Source: Fistulifera solaris (taxonomy: Eukaryota). Taken from it: DNA of 24,851 nucleotides. Below the pieces are notes generated by a model, which was given only the letters and a program-made list of their open reading frames with translations, was not told where the DNA came from and did not search any database. Made by a program: the position numbers and the translations under genes. The stretch is from contig AP026141.1 of assembly GCA_030295235.1 (NCBI GenBank), positions 682,001 to 706,851 of the forward strand, given 5' to 3'. This document shows, one piece after another, positions 12,025-22,960 of the stretch (positions are counted from its first letter, which is position 1; every line of letters starts with the position of its first letter).

Positions 12025-12121
12025 GCTTGCCGCTTGCCGCTTGCGGTTTGCGGTTTGCGGCTTGCAACTTGCAAATTGCTAAGGTTCAAGGTCAAGGTTC
12101 AAGAGTCAAGATACAAGATAT
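12025..12121. repeat. Drifting heptamer tandem array (14 units)
   Basis: GCTTGCC GCTTGCC GCTTGCG GTTTGCG GTTTGCG GCTTGCA ACTTGCA AATTGCT AAGGTTC AAGGTC AAGGTTC AAGAGTC AAGATAC AAGATAT. Confidence 0.9.
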
Positions 12122-12890
12122 GAAACGTCTAAAGTTCAAATTAGGAATAAATATTTAGGAAAACTAGTCAGTATGAAAAAACTGCAGTAGCATTACTTCG
12201 CAAGTCCAAGCAAAGAACTCAAAGAGAAGTGTTCGCGTCGTTCCTCGCGGCTATAATCCCAACGTTTACGATGAATTCGCCTCTATAATAACGTCGAGGG
12301 AAGAGGAAACGGCAAACCAGCGGAAATTTGACTCGAGACTCGAGAATCAAGTGTGTATCTTAGAGAGAGTACCAGTACGTGAGTCGAGCGTCGAGCGTGC
12401 CTCGCCCCTCGCCGCCGGCCGCCGCCTCGCCGCAGGCTGCGGTTCATTATTGTAGAGACGCTCAATATTTGAAAGAACGCTAAAAATAGTAGACTGCAAA
12501 GAAATGTACTTTGCTGTAATTCTATTGGCCCATTTCTTGATTTCTTGACAATGTTACGTATTTCCCGACTAAACTTGACAACGATGTTCTCTGAAGCCTA
12601 CACTCTCGACAACCGTCATTTTTCATCAACTGGGACCTGCCATCTTGCTTCGCGTCCACGTGGCCACATAACGATGGTATAGAATTATGTGGTTGCGGTT
12701 CCACGACGTTCCACGCACTGTGGGGCTCCAGAGTAGACATTATCACACGACACTCGTTGCGAACGCCGGACACGAGCTTTTTGGTTCAACATTCAACCTT
12801 CATCTGTGCACCTCCCCTCCTCTCTTTCCACCCACAATTGTTTTCATTTCTTTCTTTCTCGACCAACAGCTCCAAAGACACCAAATACAA

Positions 12891-14164
12891 ATGAATCCTC
12901 CACAATCGTCTCGTCAAAGTCGCATTCCCTTTACATTGCAAGCTGTATTTCTAGCCTCAAACCGCGGTAATGAAGTGCACAAGCCTCCTCCCGAGAAAGT
13001 CGCGAGCAAAGTGTTTTTTCGTAACTGGTTGTTTCAACGACAATCGAATTCGGCAAATAAACGCAACAGCCTGTTTTCTCTATCAAAGCAGGATGTGAAG
13101 CAAGAGGAGAAAGCAGTTGTTGAGCGAAGAAGCAGTTCAGGAAGCGGCAATGTAAGTTGTAGCAACAGCTTGAAGGAAAATCTTGTCTCTCATTCGACTC
13201 TGACATCTCAATGGCCCCTTGCTTCAGCTAATGGACCCACAGGTGTATTTGGATGCTATGCTACGATCGAGAGGCTATTCAACGAAGCGATACGAAAGTT
13301 TAAAGACTTCTTATCACAACAAGCCGACTGCCCATCAATTGGCATCGTACGATGTCTTTTGATCGGTTTAGTGAGAAAACATGAGGTCGAGCACTTTGGG
13401 AAATTATGCAAACGGGCATTAGCTCCAATCCCTGTAACCAATACAGTGAAACTATTGCTCACACCGTATGTCGACATGGAAGTAAGGCTATGCTGGATGT
13501 TCTCGTAGAACGAGGCTGTGACTTTCAAGTGGCGGATGATTACGGAAGGTGCGTAAAAGTGAAGGGATGATCGAAATGTTACTACGGCTTGCCGCGCATT
13601 TCTAACAAGCGATTTCTTTTGAATCTACAGAACGCCACTTCACGATGCTTGTTGGGCCGCAACACCATCTTTTGATGTTGTGGAAATCATCTTGAAGTCT
13701 GATGTACGAATGCTTCATATGATCGATGCGCGCGGCCATTGCCCGCTCAACTATGTGCGCAAGGAGCACTACGACCAATGGATCAAGTTCTTTGAAAGTA
13801 AAAAAGAGGAGTTCTGGCCAAAGCGATCTATTGCAAAAGATGGAGAGCAAGGACCTCCCAAGCGGCATTGGATGGGCCGAACTCGAAAAAGTTTTGTGAA
13901 TCGCCTCTTTCCTTACCGAATGAAATGGCACGTATGGTTTCGAGTGGTCGCATGACACCCGAAGAAACGCGACTACTGATGCCCGATGAAGAGACTCAAG
14001 AGACATGGGATGACTCGGACTTTGATTCGGAAGAGGATGACTATGATAGCGAATACGACAGCGATGAAGACGACGACAATGATGATTACTCATTGGATGA
14101 TGAAGATTTTGAAGAAGAAATGGGCGCGCTTCTTAGCGCGCTTCCAAGTATCGCCATCCGTTAA
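12891..14164 (+). CDS. Ankyrin-repeat protein (paralog B), 2 exons, several frameshifts
   Basis: Stitched reading: MDPQVYLDAMLRSRGYSTKRYESLKTSYHNKPTAHQLASY…GISSNPCNQYSETIAHTVCRHGS…VADDYGR|TPLHDACW…DARGHCPLNYVRKEHYDQWIKFF…acidic tail. It is colinear with paralog A. Intron at 13549-13630. The start at ATG 12891 is tentative. Confidence 0.8.
13549..13630 (+). other. Spliceosomal intron (82 nt)
   Basis: GTGCGT…CTAAC (13602)…CTACAG. Removal gives TAC GGA AG|A ACG CCA CTT CAC = YGRTPLH. Confidence 0.9.
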
Positions 14165-14279
14165 CAACTGGAGACCCTAGCGTGCACAAGGGGCGAACCA
14201 AAATTAGACTAATGAACAAATCGAAATAAACCAGGAATGTTACGCCCCTTACTTCACGTTTATATTCATCGATTGTCAA

Positions 14280-15903
14280 TTAGTTGGATTCCGAGTACTT
14301 TTTCACTGCTTTGCCAAACTTTTCAAGTGCCTCTTCTATCTCAGCTTTGCTAATGATCAAAGGCGGAACAAAACGAGCAACGTTGGGACCGGCAGCGACG
14401 AGCAGAAGACCTTCGTCCATAGCAGCTTGTACAAGCGGTCCAGCGAGATCTTTCGTTTCCACTCCTTTGAGCAAACCCCAACCGCGGACGCCACCTAATA
14501 CAGCAGGATATTGTTGGGCGAGTTGTTCAAGGCCGGCGCTGAGTTGTGCTCCACGCTCTCGCACGTTATTCAAAACATCATGATCACAAAGATACTTGGC
14601 AACAGCAAGTCCGGCAGCACAAGCCAAGGGATTTCCTCCCTATTAAAGAACGTCAGTGTCAGCAATCGATCATGTCATCATTTCGAGAGCAAAGACTCTA
14701 ATAATGAGTTACTCACATAGGTAGAAGCATGATCACCAGGGCCAAAAACATCGGCAGCTTTGGCATTGGCCATCATGGAACCGATGGGCACACCACCTCC
14801 CAATGCTTTCGCCGAAGTGAAAATATCTGGTTCAACGGGCAAATTCTGATAACCCCACAGACGTCCGCTACGTCCCATACCAACTTGGACTTCATCACAA
14901 ATCATGAGAGCCCCAGTTTCATCACACAACTCGCGAATGCGGGTAAAAAAGGCATCATTGCCTGGAATAATTCCACCTTCACCCTGAAGTGCTTCCATCA
15001 TGATAGCAGCCAAGCCTCGATCCGAGTTCTGAATCTCTTTGACTTTCGATTCCAACTCTTCCACGTTGTTGTAGGTAATGTATTCGAAACCAGGAACCAT
15101 CTGGCCACCGTATCCAAAGCCTTTCTGATATTTCGGCTGGCCAGTTGCGGTGATTGTGGTCAAAGTTCGACCGTGGAAAGACTGGTGTGCTGTAATAATA
15201 ACAGGTTTTTCAATCCCTCGGTTGTGAGCGTGCTTTCGTGCGCATTTGATGGCAGCTTCGTTGGCTTCAGCACCCGAGTTGCAAAAGAAAACCTTTTCGG
15301 CACAAGAATTGGCTGTCAACCAGTCCGCGAGAGCTGCCTGAGCCGGGATAAGGTACAGATTCGACACGTGATGACACTCCTGCATTTGCTTATAAACTGC
15401 TTCCGTTAAAGCCGCATTGTTGTGTCCCAAAGCGCAGGTGGCGATTCCACTGACACAATCCAAATACTCCTTTCCGTCGGTCGTAAACAAACGACATCCT
15501 TCACCCTTGGCGATAGTGAGAGGATAACGCCTGGACGTAGTCAAAGTAAGCAGCAGACAGTATGGTGAGGATCACGTGTAAGTAGAAAGAATGAAGGCAT
15601 CGTGCAAGGAAAGAGTATCCGAGCGTATGCCCGGCAACAAGTCGTAATTACAAAAACATCAACATTCCGTTTAAAAATTGCATTCCCAGTACACAATCAA
15701 ACGTACCCGTAGGTCTTTTGCACGTGACTTTCGTAGCTTTTCGCCGTAGCGTCCTGTTCTTTCATCATATCTGCAGTCGATCGCGGAGGAACCAATTCGA
15801 TCTTTTCGACGGTCGCCGACAACGACGAGATCGTTCGTGATTGCGAAGGCGCAACGAAAGCATGCGCACCCGTTAGAAGCAAGAGTGCAACAGAGAGTTT
15901 CAT
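14280..15903 (-). CDS. argD: Acetylornithine aminotransferase (class III PLP aminotransferase), plastid-targeted, 3 exons
   Basis: Exons 15903-15707, 15530-14717 and 14639-14280; introns 15531-15706 and 14640-14716 are both GT-AG. Motifs TYG|RYP, YLDCVSGIATCALGH, FFCNSGAEANEAAIK, SFHGRT, DEVQVGMGRSG, SAKALGGG, HASTY|GGNPLAC and VRGWGLL. Presequence MKLSVALLLLTGAHA-FVAP. Confidence 0.95.
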
Positions 15904-16739
15904 AATTACGAGAAGAAATGTATTGCAGAGAAAGAGAAATGGATTGCTGATAATAAGATGAGTTTTGTTTCAACGACAAAGCGAAGAATTTCTCAAACAC
16001 ATGCAGAAAATGCAGACATGCGGAGATCCAAACGATCCGATCCAACGAATACCGTTTGGTGCAAGTACACAAACGACGAAAGTGCTCTCTTTTCGCTTCC
16101 GCTGAGTTTGTGGAGATCTCTGCGCGTTTCGATGCGCGCGGTGTCTGATCGTCAACCGTTTGTAAGCTTTATTTAGCCACGACTGTTTTTCAGTCATGAA
16201 TCGCGAACGTCAAGAGTCCCGCATATACCTCTTGAGTCCCGAGACAAACTGCCACCTAGAGTCTCCGTTCATTCTCTTAGCTCTCTTCGCAAAATCGCTC
16301 ATGACGACGCAATTACTTTCAGCAATATTCAAATACACTTCTCGATTGTTCACATTTGGAGTCCTTCAAAAGACATTGTCGTTCGTATTCACTACAGTCC
16401 TCTTGTGTAGGCGACCTTTGAAACACGACTGCATTCCAGTCAAACAATATATTTATTTAATAAAAAAAAGGTACAAAACAAAATTACAAATGCGTCGAAG
16501 ATCAACGACCTTTCTTGCGAATGCTACTGGCATAATTGTTTTCGCGTTTGCAAAAGCCCCGCAGACTTCAACTAACTTTACCCGCAAAGGCAACATCTTT
16601 ACTTAGTTTCTTGTTCTGAAACACGAATTTTATCTCAACCATTCTAAATCGATTTATTGGTCGAAATTGCATTCTCATTTCGCACGTGCCGGTCATCTTC
16701 TTTTAAATAAATAAACGTCATTGCGCGTCAGGCAGCGCG

Positions 16740-17971
16740 TCACCTTTTCCGACCCGAATCGCATTGGACCAAACTTCGAGTCTTTGCAAATTCATACAGT
16801 TCGATATCCAAACTATTCTTGGCGACGAGGAAATCGTACACTTCTGCTTCCGGGATTCTGTCACGCGCACTCGCCTGATTCTTCTTCTGCGGTAACGCAA
16901 TTTGCAAGCCGAGTAGATCCGCTACTGCTTCCAAACCATCTTCTAAACACTCCATATCAAGAATAATACTAAATCGTTCCAATAAAGCCTTTGCTTGCTC
17001 CACAAACCTTTTGGGTGTATGGCTTCCCCGACAGCATTCGCTCGATGTCAGTGCGCGCAAAGCGAAATTATCCGTATAAGGCGATCGAGCAAAGGCCCAC
17101 CACTGAGAATGGGCTTGATCGGGATTGATACGTGCACCAAAGACCGCTGGCCACAGTTCCGCTCCTTTTTGTCATACGCCAGCATGCGGGTCATGGGATC
17201 GCGCGCCACATAAATACTCAACACCGATGAATGCTCCCAATTTGTATCACTTAAAGTCACTTGGCCCGGTGGATGATTGAATTTCCATGAAACCAAGTCA
17301 AATTGTGACCGAACGACTGCGGCATTGGCGGCAGTATCACGATGAAGCCATGGATAGTAATAGGGATAACTCGGATCAGGACGATCTTTCAACTGCCAGC
17401 AATCCGGTCCAGGAGTATGATTGCCCAAGACGGAGCATATAGCATGCCCTGCGTGATATTCTACTTCAATGTGAATTATCAAAGCGTCCTGTTGCCGATA
17501 CGCTTGAATTTGTTCGGCCGCTGTTGCCGAAACATTGTATTGTCGATTGGATATTCCTCGGAACAAAGTATCTTGGGGTTGATGTAAGTCATACACCAAA
17601 GGACTAGCTTTGTTGATATCGCTGACTGTATCGACCTCATTTGAGTTGCCTAAAAGCTGTCCAGGATCGAAACGTCTTCCTGCATAGGCGATACCCAATC
17701 CAATTGCTAATAATAAAAACGGCAACATGAGCAAAGCCCAACTCACTGGAGAAAGAGGCGCAAGTCCATCAATGGATGACTCCTCCGAGTTGTCATCATC
17801 TGCGTCATTGTCGTCAATTTTTTCAGAATCCTCGTCACTTTCGCTGAAATCTGCAAAGCGCTCGGATCGCAGCGGAGCCGGAGGATCGCGAAGTCTTTTC
17901 GAATGAGGTAATTGATCTGTCATTTCCAGATCCTTCTCCTCGATCGACTTTGCGATTTTCGAAGTCGTCAT
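16740..17971 (-). CDS. Type II membrane protein, sulfotransferase-like (tentative), frameshifted
   Basis: Acidic cytosolic N-terminus and one TM helix (WALLMLPFLLLAIGLGIAYAG). Motifs YHAGHAIC and YVARDPMTRMLA. The C-terminal piece (16740-17060) contains AKALLERFSIILDMECL and NSLDIELYEFAK, resembling sulfotransferase-family C-termini. Confidence 0.6.
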
Positions 17972-18326
17972 TAGATGCTGTTATGCACGTTTTACTTTAC
18001 TGGAATGATTCCTTCGTTCGTACGTAGTATAATATTTCTCTGAAATGAAATGATCGCATCAACTGCAACGAAAAAACCTGCTAGAAAAAATACGGCCTTA
18101 TTTTTAGAAACCTGTGCGCGGTGCAGCTCTTTATAAGGACTCTACCTGATACTGGTACAGTACCAGGTAAGGAGAACACAACGGTTAATGCAACGGAAAC
18201 AAGCACTCTTCCAACGGCTAATTCACAGTAAGCACTCTGACGAAGATCGAGCCGTTTGCGCCTTTGGGCGAATAAACATCGCGTCTCATATGACCAAGCC
18301 GACATTTATCCATAAAGCAATTAGAA

Positions 18327-19264
18327 ATGAAAGCAATAAGTGTTGCTACAAGCTTTGTAGCATTATATTATCCAGTCGCAAGCTTATTTTTAAACGCGCA
18401 ACTGTCTCGTCGCGGCGTTCTGGAGCGCGCAGTTACAACAAGCGGTATTGTGTGGACGACAACATTTTCTCACGACGCTGCAGCAAATGCAATTGATGAA
18501 TTGACGCTTAGCTCAAGATTTGAATCGAATATTCTGTTTCAACCCTCAGTGACGGCACTCAATGGTGAAAGTAATGGAGTCGACAATACATATTATCCAT
18601 CTTGGTTGGAAGGAACATGGAATGTTACACAAACGCTTATCAATGTTGACGCTCCGTTGGGTTTTTCGTTCGCGGGCGGCCCGAGCGGTGTAGAATCCAT
18701 AGGAAAGCAATCAATACAAGAATCTACTAAACAGTTAAACATTCCGGTTCAGTTGACGTTGAGATACGTAAAGACACCCTGGGGAGTCGCTGAAGATCGA
18801 CTATTCAACACAGCACAACGGCTGAATGCATTTGCAGGACGCGTCGTTGTGGCTTCTGTCGACTACGCCAACGTGGCTGTTTCCAATCGAGCCAGTGTTC
18901 TAGCAAAGGGAGGAACCGAAGAAACTCCGCTTCAAACGACTGTCGTTCGATTCAAAGGGCCAGCAGCACAAAAATCATTCCTAGTGAGTCACAATCAGCC
19001 CCCCGACGATGACTTATCAGTTCCTGGTGTGGCTTTGAAGTGCAGCGATCCATTTTCTCTCTCACAAACACGAATACGGCGCCTCCAATCACTACAGATA
19101 CGGAATACCTGTGGAGTTTGCGGCTCGATAAACGCAGCAATTCGGTGACGGGCAAATTACGAATAGCTGGCTACTTGAACCCAACGGATAGGCTATACTT
19201 TGATGCTAAAAAGCGAGCCGTTACATTGCAGGACTACACACTTTACATGAGGAAAATAGATTAA
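18327..19264 (+). CDS. DUF6816-like protein, probably plastid/thylakoid-targeted
   Basis: Signal peptide ending VAS-LF, then SRRGVL…AAANA (twin-arginine-like). Motifs YYPSWLEGTWNV and EDRLFNTAQRLNAFAG. Continues in ORF 19040-19264 (ITTDTEY…IAGYLNPTDRLYFDA) after a shift at ~19000-19030. Confidence 0.65.
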
Positions 19265-19754
19265 ATTTTAGAGAGACACGTTTCGATTATTTGTCGACTT
19301 GCTTGTTCGACTCTCGACAATTCTTGGTCGAATTAATGACAGAACAGACGCATGTAAATTCAAACCGCTGGCCCCAGGCTTAACATTGCTCAGGGTCATT
19401 CATGTTGATTATTATTTCAAAGGGAAGCTAGAACGGATTTTGGTCTTTGAGATCTTCACTTTTCTAAAATAAAATTGCTACTGTAACCGAGTCTTTCCAA
19501 GAATCGGCTCAGCAATTCGGGGAACATCTTGCCGAAACTTCAGTACGGTTTCGGCCAAAGAATTCTGAACTATCGAATAGAAAGTACACAATGACTTATG
19601 CCTAAATTGTAACTGTCCAGCAGAATGACAGCGCTTAATTGATAAACGGCACTCCGTCCACGCCATTCTCGTCCCTCATATTTTCAAAACTTCGTCCGAT
19701 CGACTGCATTTCGAACTTTGAACATTGACGACGCTCGAGCTAAGAAAGAAAACA

Positions 19755-21156
19755 ATGAAGAGCTTTCTTAAAATTATACTTCTTTTACATTCTTTGGTGG
19801 ATGTAGGAGCCTCGTTGCGTGGCAGTCATGAATCATCACGTAGGAGAGAATTGTTTCAGCATCGTAACATGCAATGGGCCCCTGAAGATTCTGCCATTTC
19901 GGACGAATATATCATCGTGTTTGACCAAACAAGCACAGCTGACGACGTGGATGGATTACTTAAGCGATGGATGAAAACTCTTTTGTCCACTGCAAAGATC
20001 GTGAATGAATACAATGGATTGACAATGAAGACGGTTGTCGTCAAGCGAGTGTCTTTTCCGATTTTAAAGCTCATTTTAAACAGCAAAGCCGTCAAATATG
20101 TTGAGCAGAACCAAGTAATGGAGCCATCAGAAACAACTTCGTCATGGGGGCTCGACCGGATCAACCAAATCAACCTGCCGCTAGACAGTTCGTTTACTGC
20201 GACCGGAACGGGCGTAGGGGTCGATGTTTACATCATCGACAGTGGAATCATGCTGGACCACGACGAGTTCGAAGGAAGAGCCCGATGTGGATATAATTCA
20301 TTTTCGAACACAGTAGGTACTGGCTGTGATGACCTCCGTGGGCATGGATCTCACGTGGCAGGGGTAGTTGGAGGAAAGACCTGGGGCGTTGCCAAGAAAG
20401 CGAATCTTGTTGCTGTCAAAGCCCTCAATGACGACACGGGCTCAGGGACGCTTGCATCCGTGGTCGGCGCAGTTACATATGTTTGCGACCAGAAAATTAA
20501 GAATCCTGATCAACCAGTCGTCGTCAACATGAGCATCAGCGGCAGTGGTCGAACGCGTTCTCTGGACGAAGAGGTAGAGCGATGTAACTCAAATGGTGTA
20601 ATATTCATCACATCGGCTGGCAACTCGAAAGGAGACTCGTGCAATTTCTCCCCGGGAGCCACTGCTGGATCGATAGCAGTAGGTGCGACTAAGAAGGACG
20701 ACAGTATGGCTCCATTTTCGAACTTTGGGGCCTGTGTGGATATCTTCGCACCTGGATCGGAAATTCAATCCGTCGGAATAACTTCGACAACAGCGACTGC
20801 GTCAAAATCCGGGACGTCAATGGCTTCCCCCTATGTTGCCGGCGCAGCCGCCTCTTTACTTGGAACTAAACCCGACTTGGACAGGTGACAACGTACGATC
20901 AGCGTTAAAGGAAACTGCCAGCACTGGTGTCATAACATCTCTTGGAGCGGACTCGGCGAACTTATTGCTGAACATCGCCGGAGTTGGGAGTTCAAGTGGC
21001 GGTAATGATGATGGAAGCAGCGGGTCCGATACCGACGTACCAGCCGACACAGGATCCGACAATACCTGCGTGGCGCTTCTTGAACGATGTACGAGTCAAA
21101 CGAATTGCTGCGGATCGTGGAGATGTAGCAGCGCTTTTAAAGTATGCTGGTTTTGA
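19755..21156 (+). CDS. Secreted subtilisin-like serine protease (S8A, proteinase K-like) with I9 propeptide and Cys-rich C-terminal module
   Basis: Signal peptide MKSFLKIILLLHSLVDVGA. Prodomain EYIIVF…VKYVEQNQ and mature start SWGLDRINQ. Catalytic triad IIDSG / HGSHVAG / SGTSMASP and oxyanion SAGN. A frameshift at ~20855 leads into YLELNPTW…CC…C* ending at 21156. Confidence 0.93.
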
Positions 21157-21360
21157 TTTTTCTGCGCAAAGAATTCATATTTAAGATTGCTAAACGCGAA
21201 AGATTTATTTATATAGCCAGCTCTTGTTAGAAATCCGTGCATCTAACAATAACGATTCGTAGCTACTGCCTGTCGCAATAATAGAGCAACGCTCACATCG
21301 CATTACACCGAGACTAGACCGACGCTTCTTTCGTAACTTCCGCGAAACTAATAAGTAGCT

Positions 21361-22623
21361 TTACAAAAAGGCCAAGACGCCACTCGTACTCAAACACCAC
21401 GACAATAGCAGCGTCATGGGTACCACGGATGCGACATACAAGCCGGTCAATAGCTTAGCCATTCCCTGTGCTGGCAAACCGGCTAACTGCAGCAAGACAA
21501 CCGCGTTTTGAGCGGGTGGCGTGCAACCCTGTAACAGCAAAATAAAATGAAAGATGGCAGATCGGGCGCTATGTTCTCCCAGCAAGCCAGCACCAATTAG
21601 TAAGCGACACATTGTATGTGCCAGCAAGGGCATTACCATAAAGCGAGTCGCAAATAGTGTGACGAACGGCCAAGGCGAAGATTTTTTGGATGATATAGCC
21701 GTAGATTGTTCCGAATCATCCTGAGGTAAAACTAAACTGCCAGCGAGAACTAACATTACAGCAGGAAGATAGGCTGTGCCAAGCGTTTGGCAAGCGCCGG
21801 TCACTGGTTGCAAAACGCCCCCGAAGAACAAATTTCCGAGTCTCGGCACACTTCCCAGCAACATCCCGATGAGACTACCAATGACGGGCGGGCTCAGAAA
21901 TTGTTTCAATCCAGAAACTACTTTTTTGAAGCGGGGAATCCGAGGCGCCATTTACCGTGTTGCTGCTAGGCCCCGACAAGATAATTTTCCCAAAAGTCCA
22001 GAAAAGAGGCGACCAAGCAAGCAAGTAAAATGATACCGCAGCTGCAGCCATACCTGCAAGAGGACTTCCTTCTAAAAGAGCCGCCGAGAAGATGAGTGGC
22101 AAAGGGCCTGCATTCGCAAATGTAGTGCACATTTGCACATGTCGACGCGTTGTATCGTCACGAAAAAAGCGCGAAGTTACCATAGCAAGTGTAGCTCCAA
22201 TAGCAATTTGCACAATGCCCGCAATCGGCATAATCCAAAGCGACGGTTTCTGTGCATCGGAAACGCTGCGAAGCGTTCGCGCGACACTGACAAACAGAAA
22301 TGTCGGTTGGAAGATGTGGTACGTCAGCTTTGAAAGAGCTTTGACCGCATTTTGTCGAGAATGTTTCGTTTCGCCAACATTCCGCCGATGCCAAGCGCAC
22401 TAAGCAATTGCGCTGTAGCCGAAAGACTTGCTTTAACCACAACTGGGTTTAAAGCAGCACTTAATGTTAACGCAGGGCGAGCATTGACGACCCTAGCTGA
22501 AATGAATTTCTTGTCGTAGAGAGTTCCTCGACTTCTTTTTTCAATTCGCCTATGCAACGTCGGCGCGGTAAAAGCTTTAGCAAAACAAAAGCATCCGAGC
22601 AAAATAATTAACCGAGAACGCAT
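21361..22623 (-). CDS. Auxin efflux carrier / PIN-LIKES (Mem_trans) family transporter with bipartite plastid-type presequence, frameshifted
   Basis: MRSRLIILLGCFCFAKA-FTAP, followed by hydrophobic pieces with HIFQPTFLF, CTTFANAGPLPLIF, YLLAWSPLFWTFG, LSPPVIGSLIG, AYLPAVMLVLAGSL, RFMVMPL and LLQGCTPPAQN. Spread over ORFs 22324-22716, 21875-22231 and 21361-21951. Confidence 0.8.
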
Positions 22624-22659
22624 CTTCAGGAATAAAGAACAGCAAGAATGATGAACTAC

Positions 22660-22680
22660 TGATTGATTGATTGATTGATT
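22660..22680. repeat. (TGAT)5 microsatellite
   Basis: TGATTGATTGATTGATTGATT, just upstream of the transporter start codon. Confidence 0.9.
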
Positions 22681-22873
22681 AATGGTTCCTGTCGATCCGA
22701 TTTTACAATAAATCATCGCGTGTCGCGTGTCGCGACGACGCGATGCGACGACTCAAGGGGAAATCACTGGGGGACTCGCTTCTGCAGTCCCGCGATGATT
22801 GTACACTTTACATGATACACAGCGATGGCAAAATTTTGACCGCTTATTATCTAAACCGACCGAGTGTCGCAAA

Positions 22874-22887
22874 GGGTTAGGGTTAGG
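22874..22887 (+). repeat. Short interstitial telomeric tract GGGTTAGGGTTAGG
   Basis: 14 nt of perfect telomere repeat in the same orientation as the terminal array, 1.2 kb inside it. Confidence 0.85.
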
Positions 22888-22960
22888 AATTTGGAAATTG
22901 GGATATGGAACATGGAAATTGGAAAAGGGGCGTGAGAAGTAGGTAAATAGGAAGTAGCAA

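Noticed and set aside
11700..12130. CRISPR-like array
   Set aside because: Units are 7-8 nt tandem repeats without long constant repeats or unique spacers, there are no cas genes, and the context is eukaryotic.
14729..15409. Long antisense ORFs (226 aa here; also 7981-8550, 5202-5726, 13602-14093)
   Set aside because: They are shadow frames opposite well-supported genes and have no recognisable motifs.
9011..22623. Functional cluster of plastid-targeted genes (146-aa gene, argD, DUF6816-like, PILS-like)
   Set aside because: No shared pathway, they are interspersed with unrelated genes, and plastid-targeted genes are common in diatoms.
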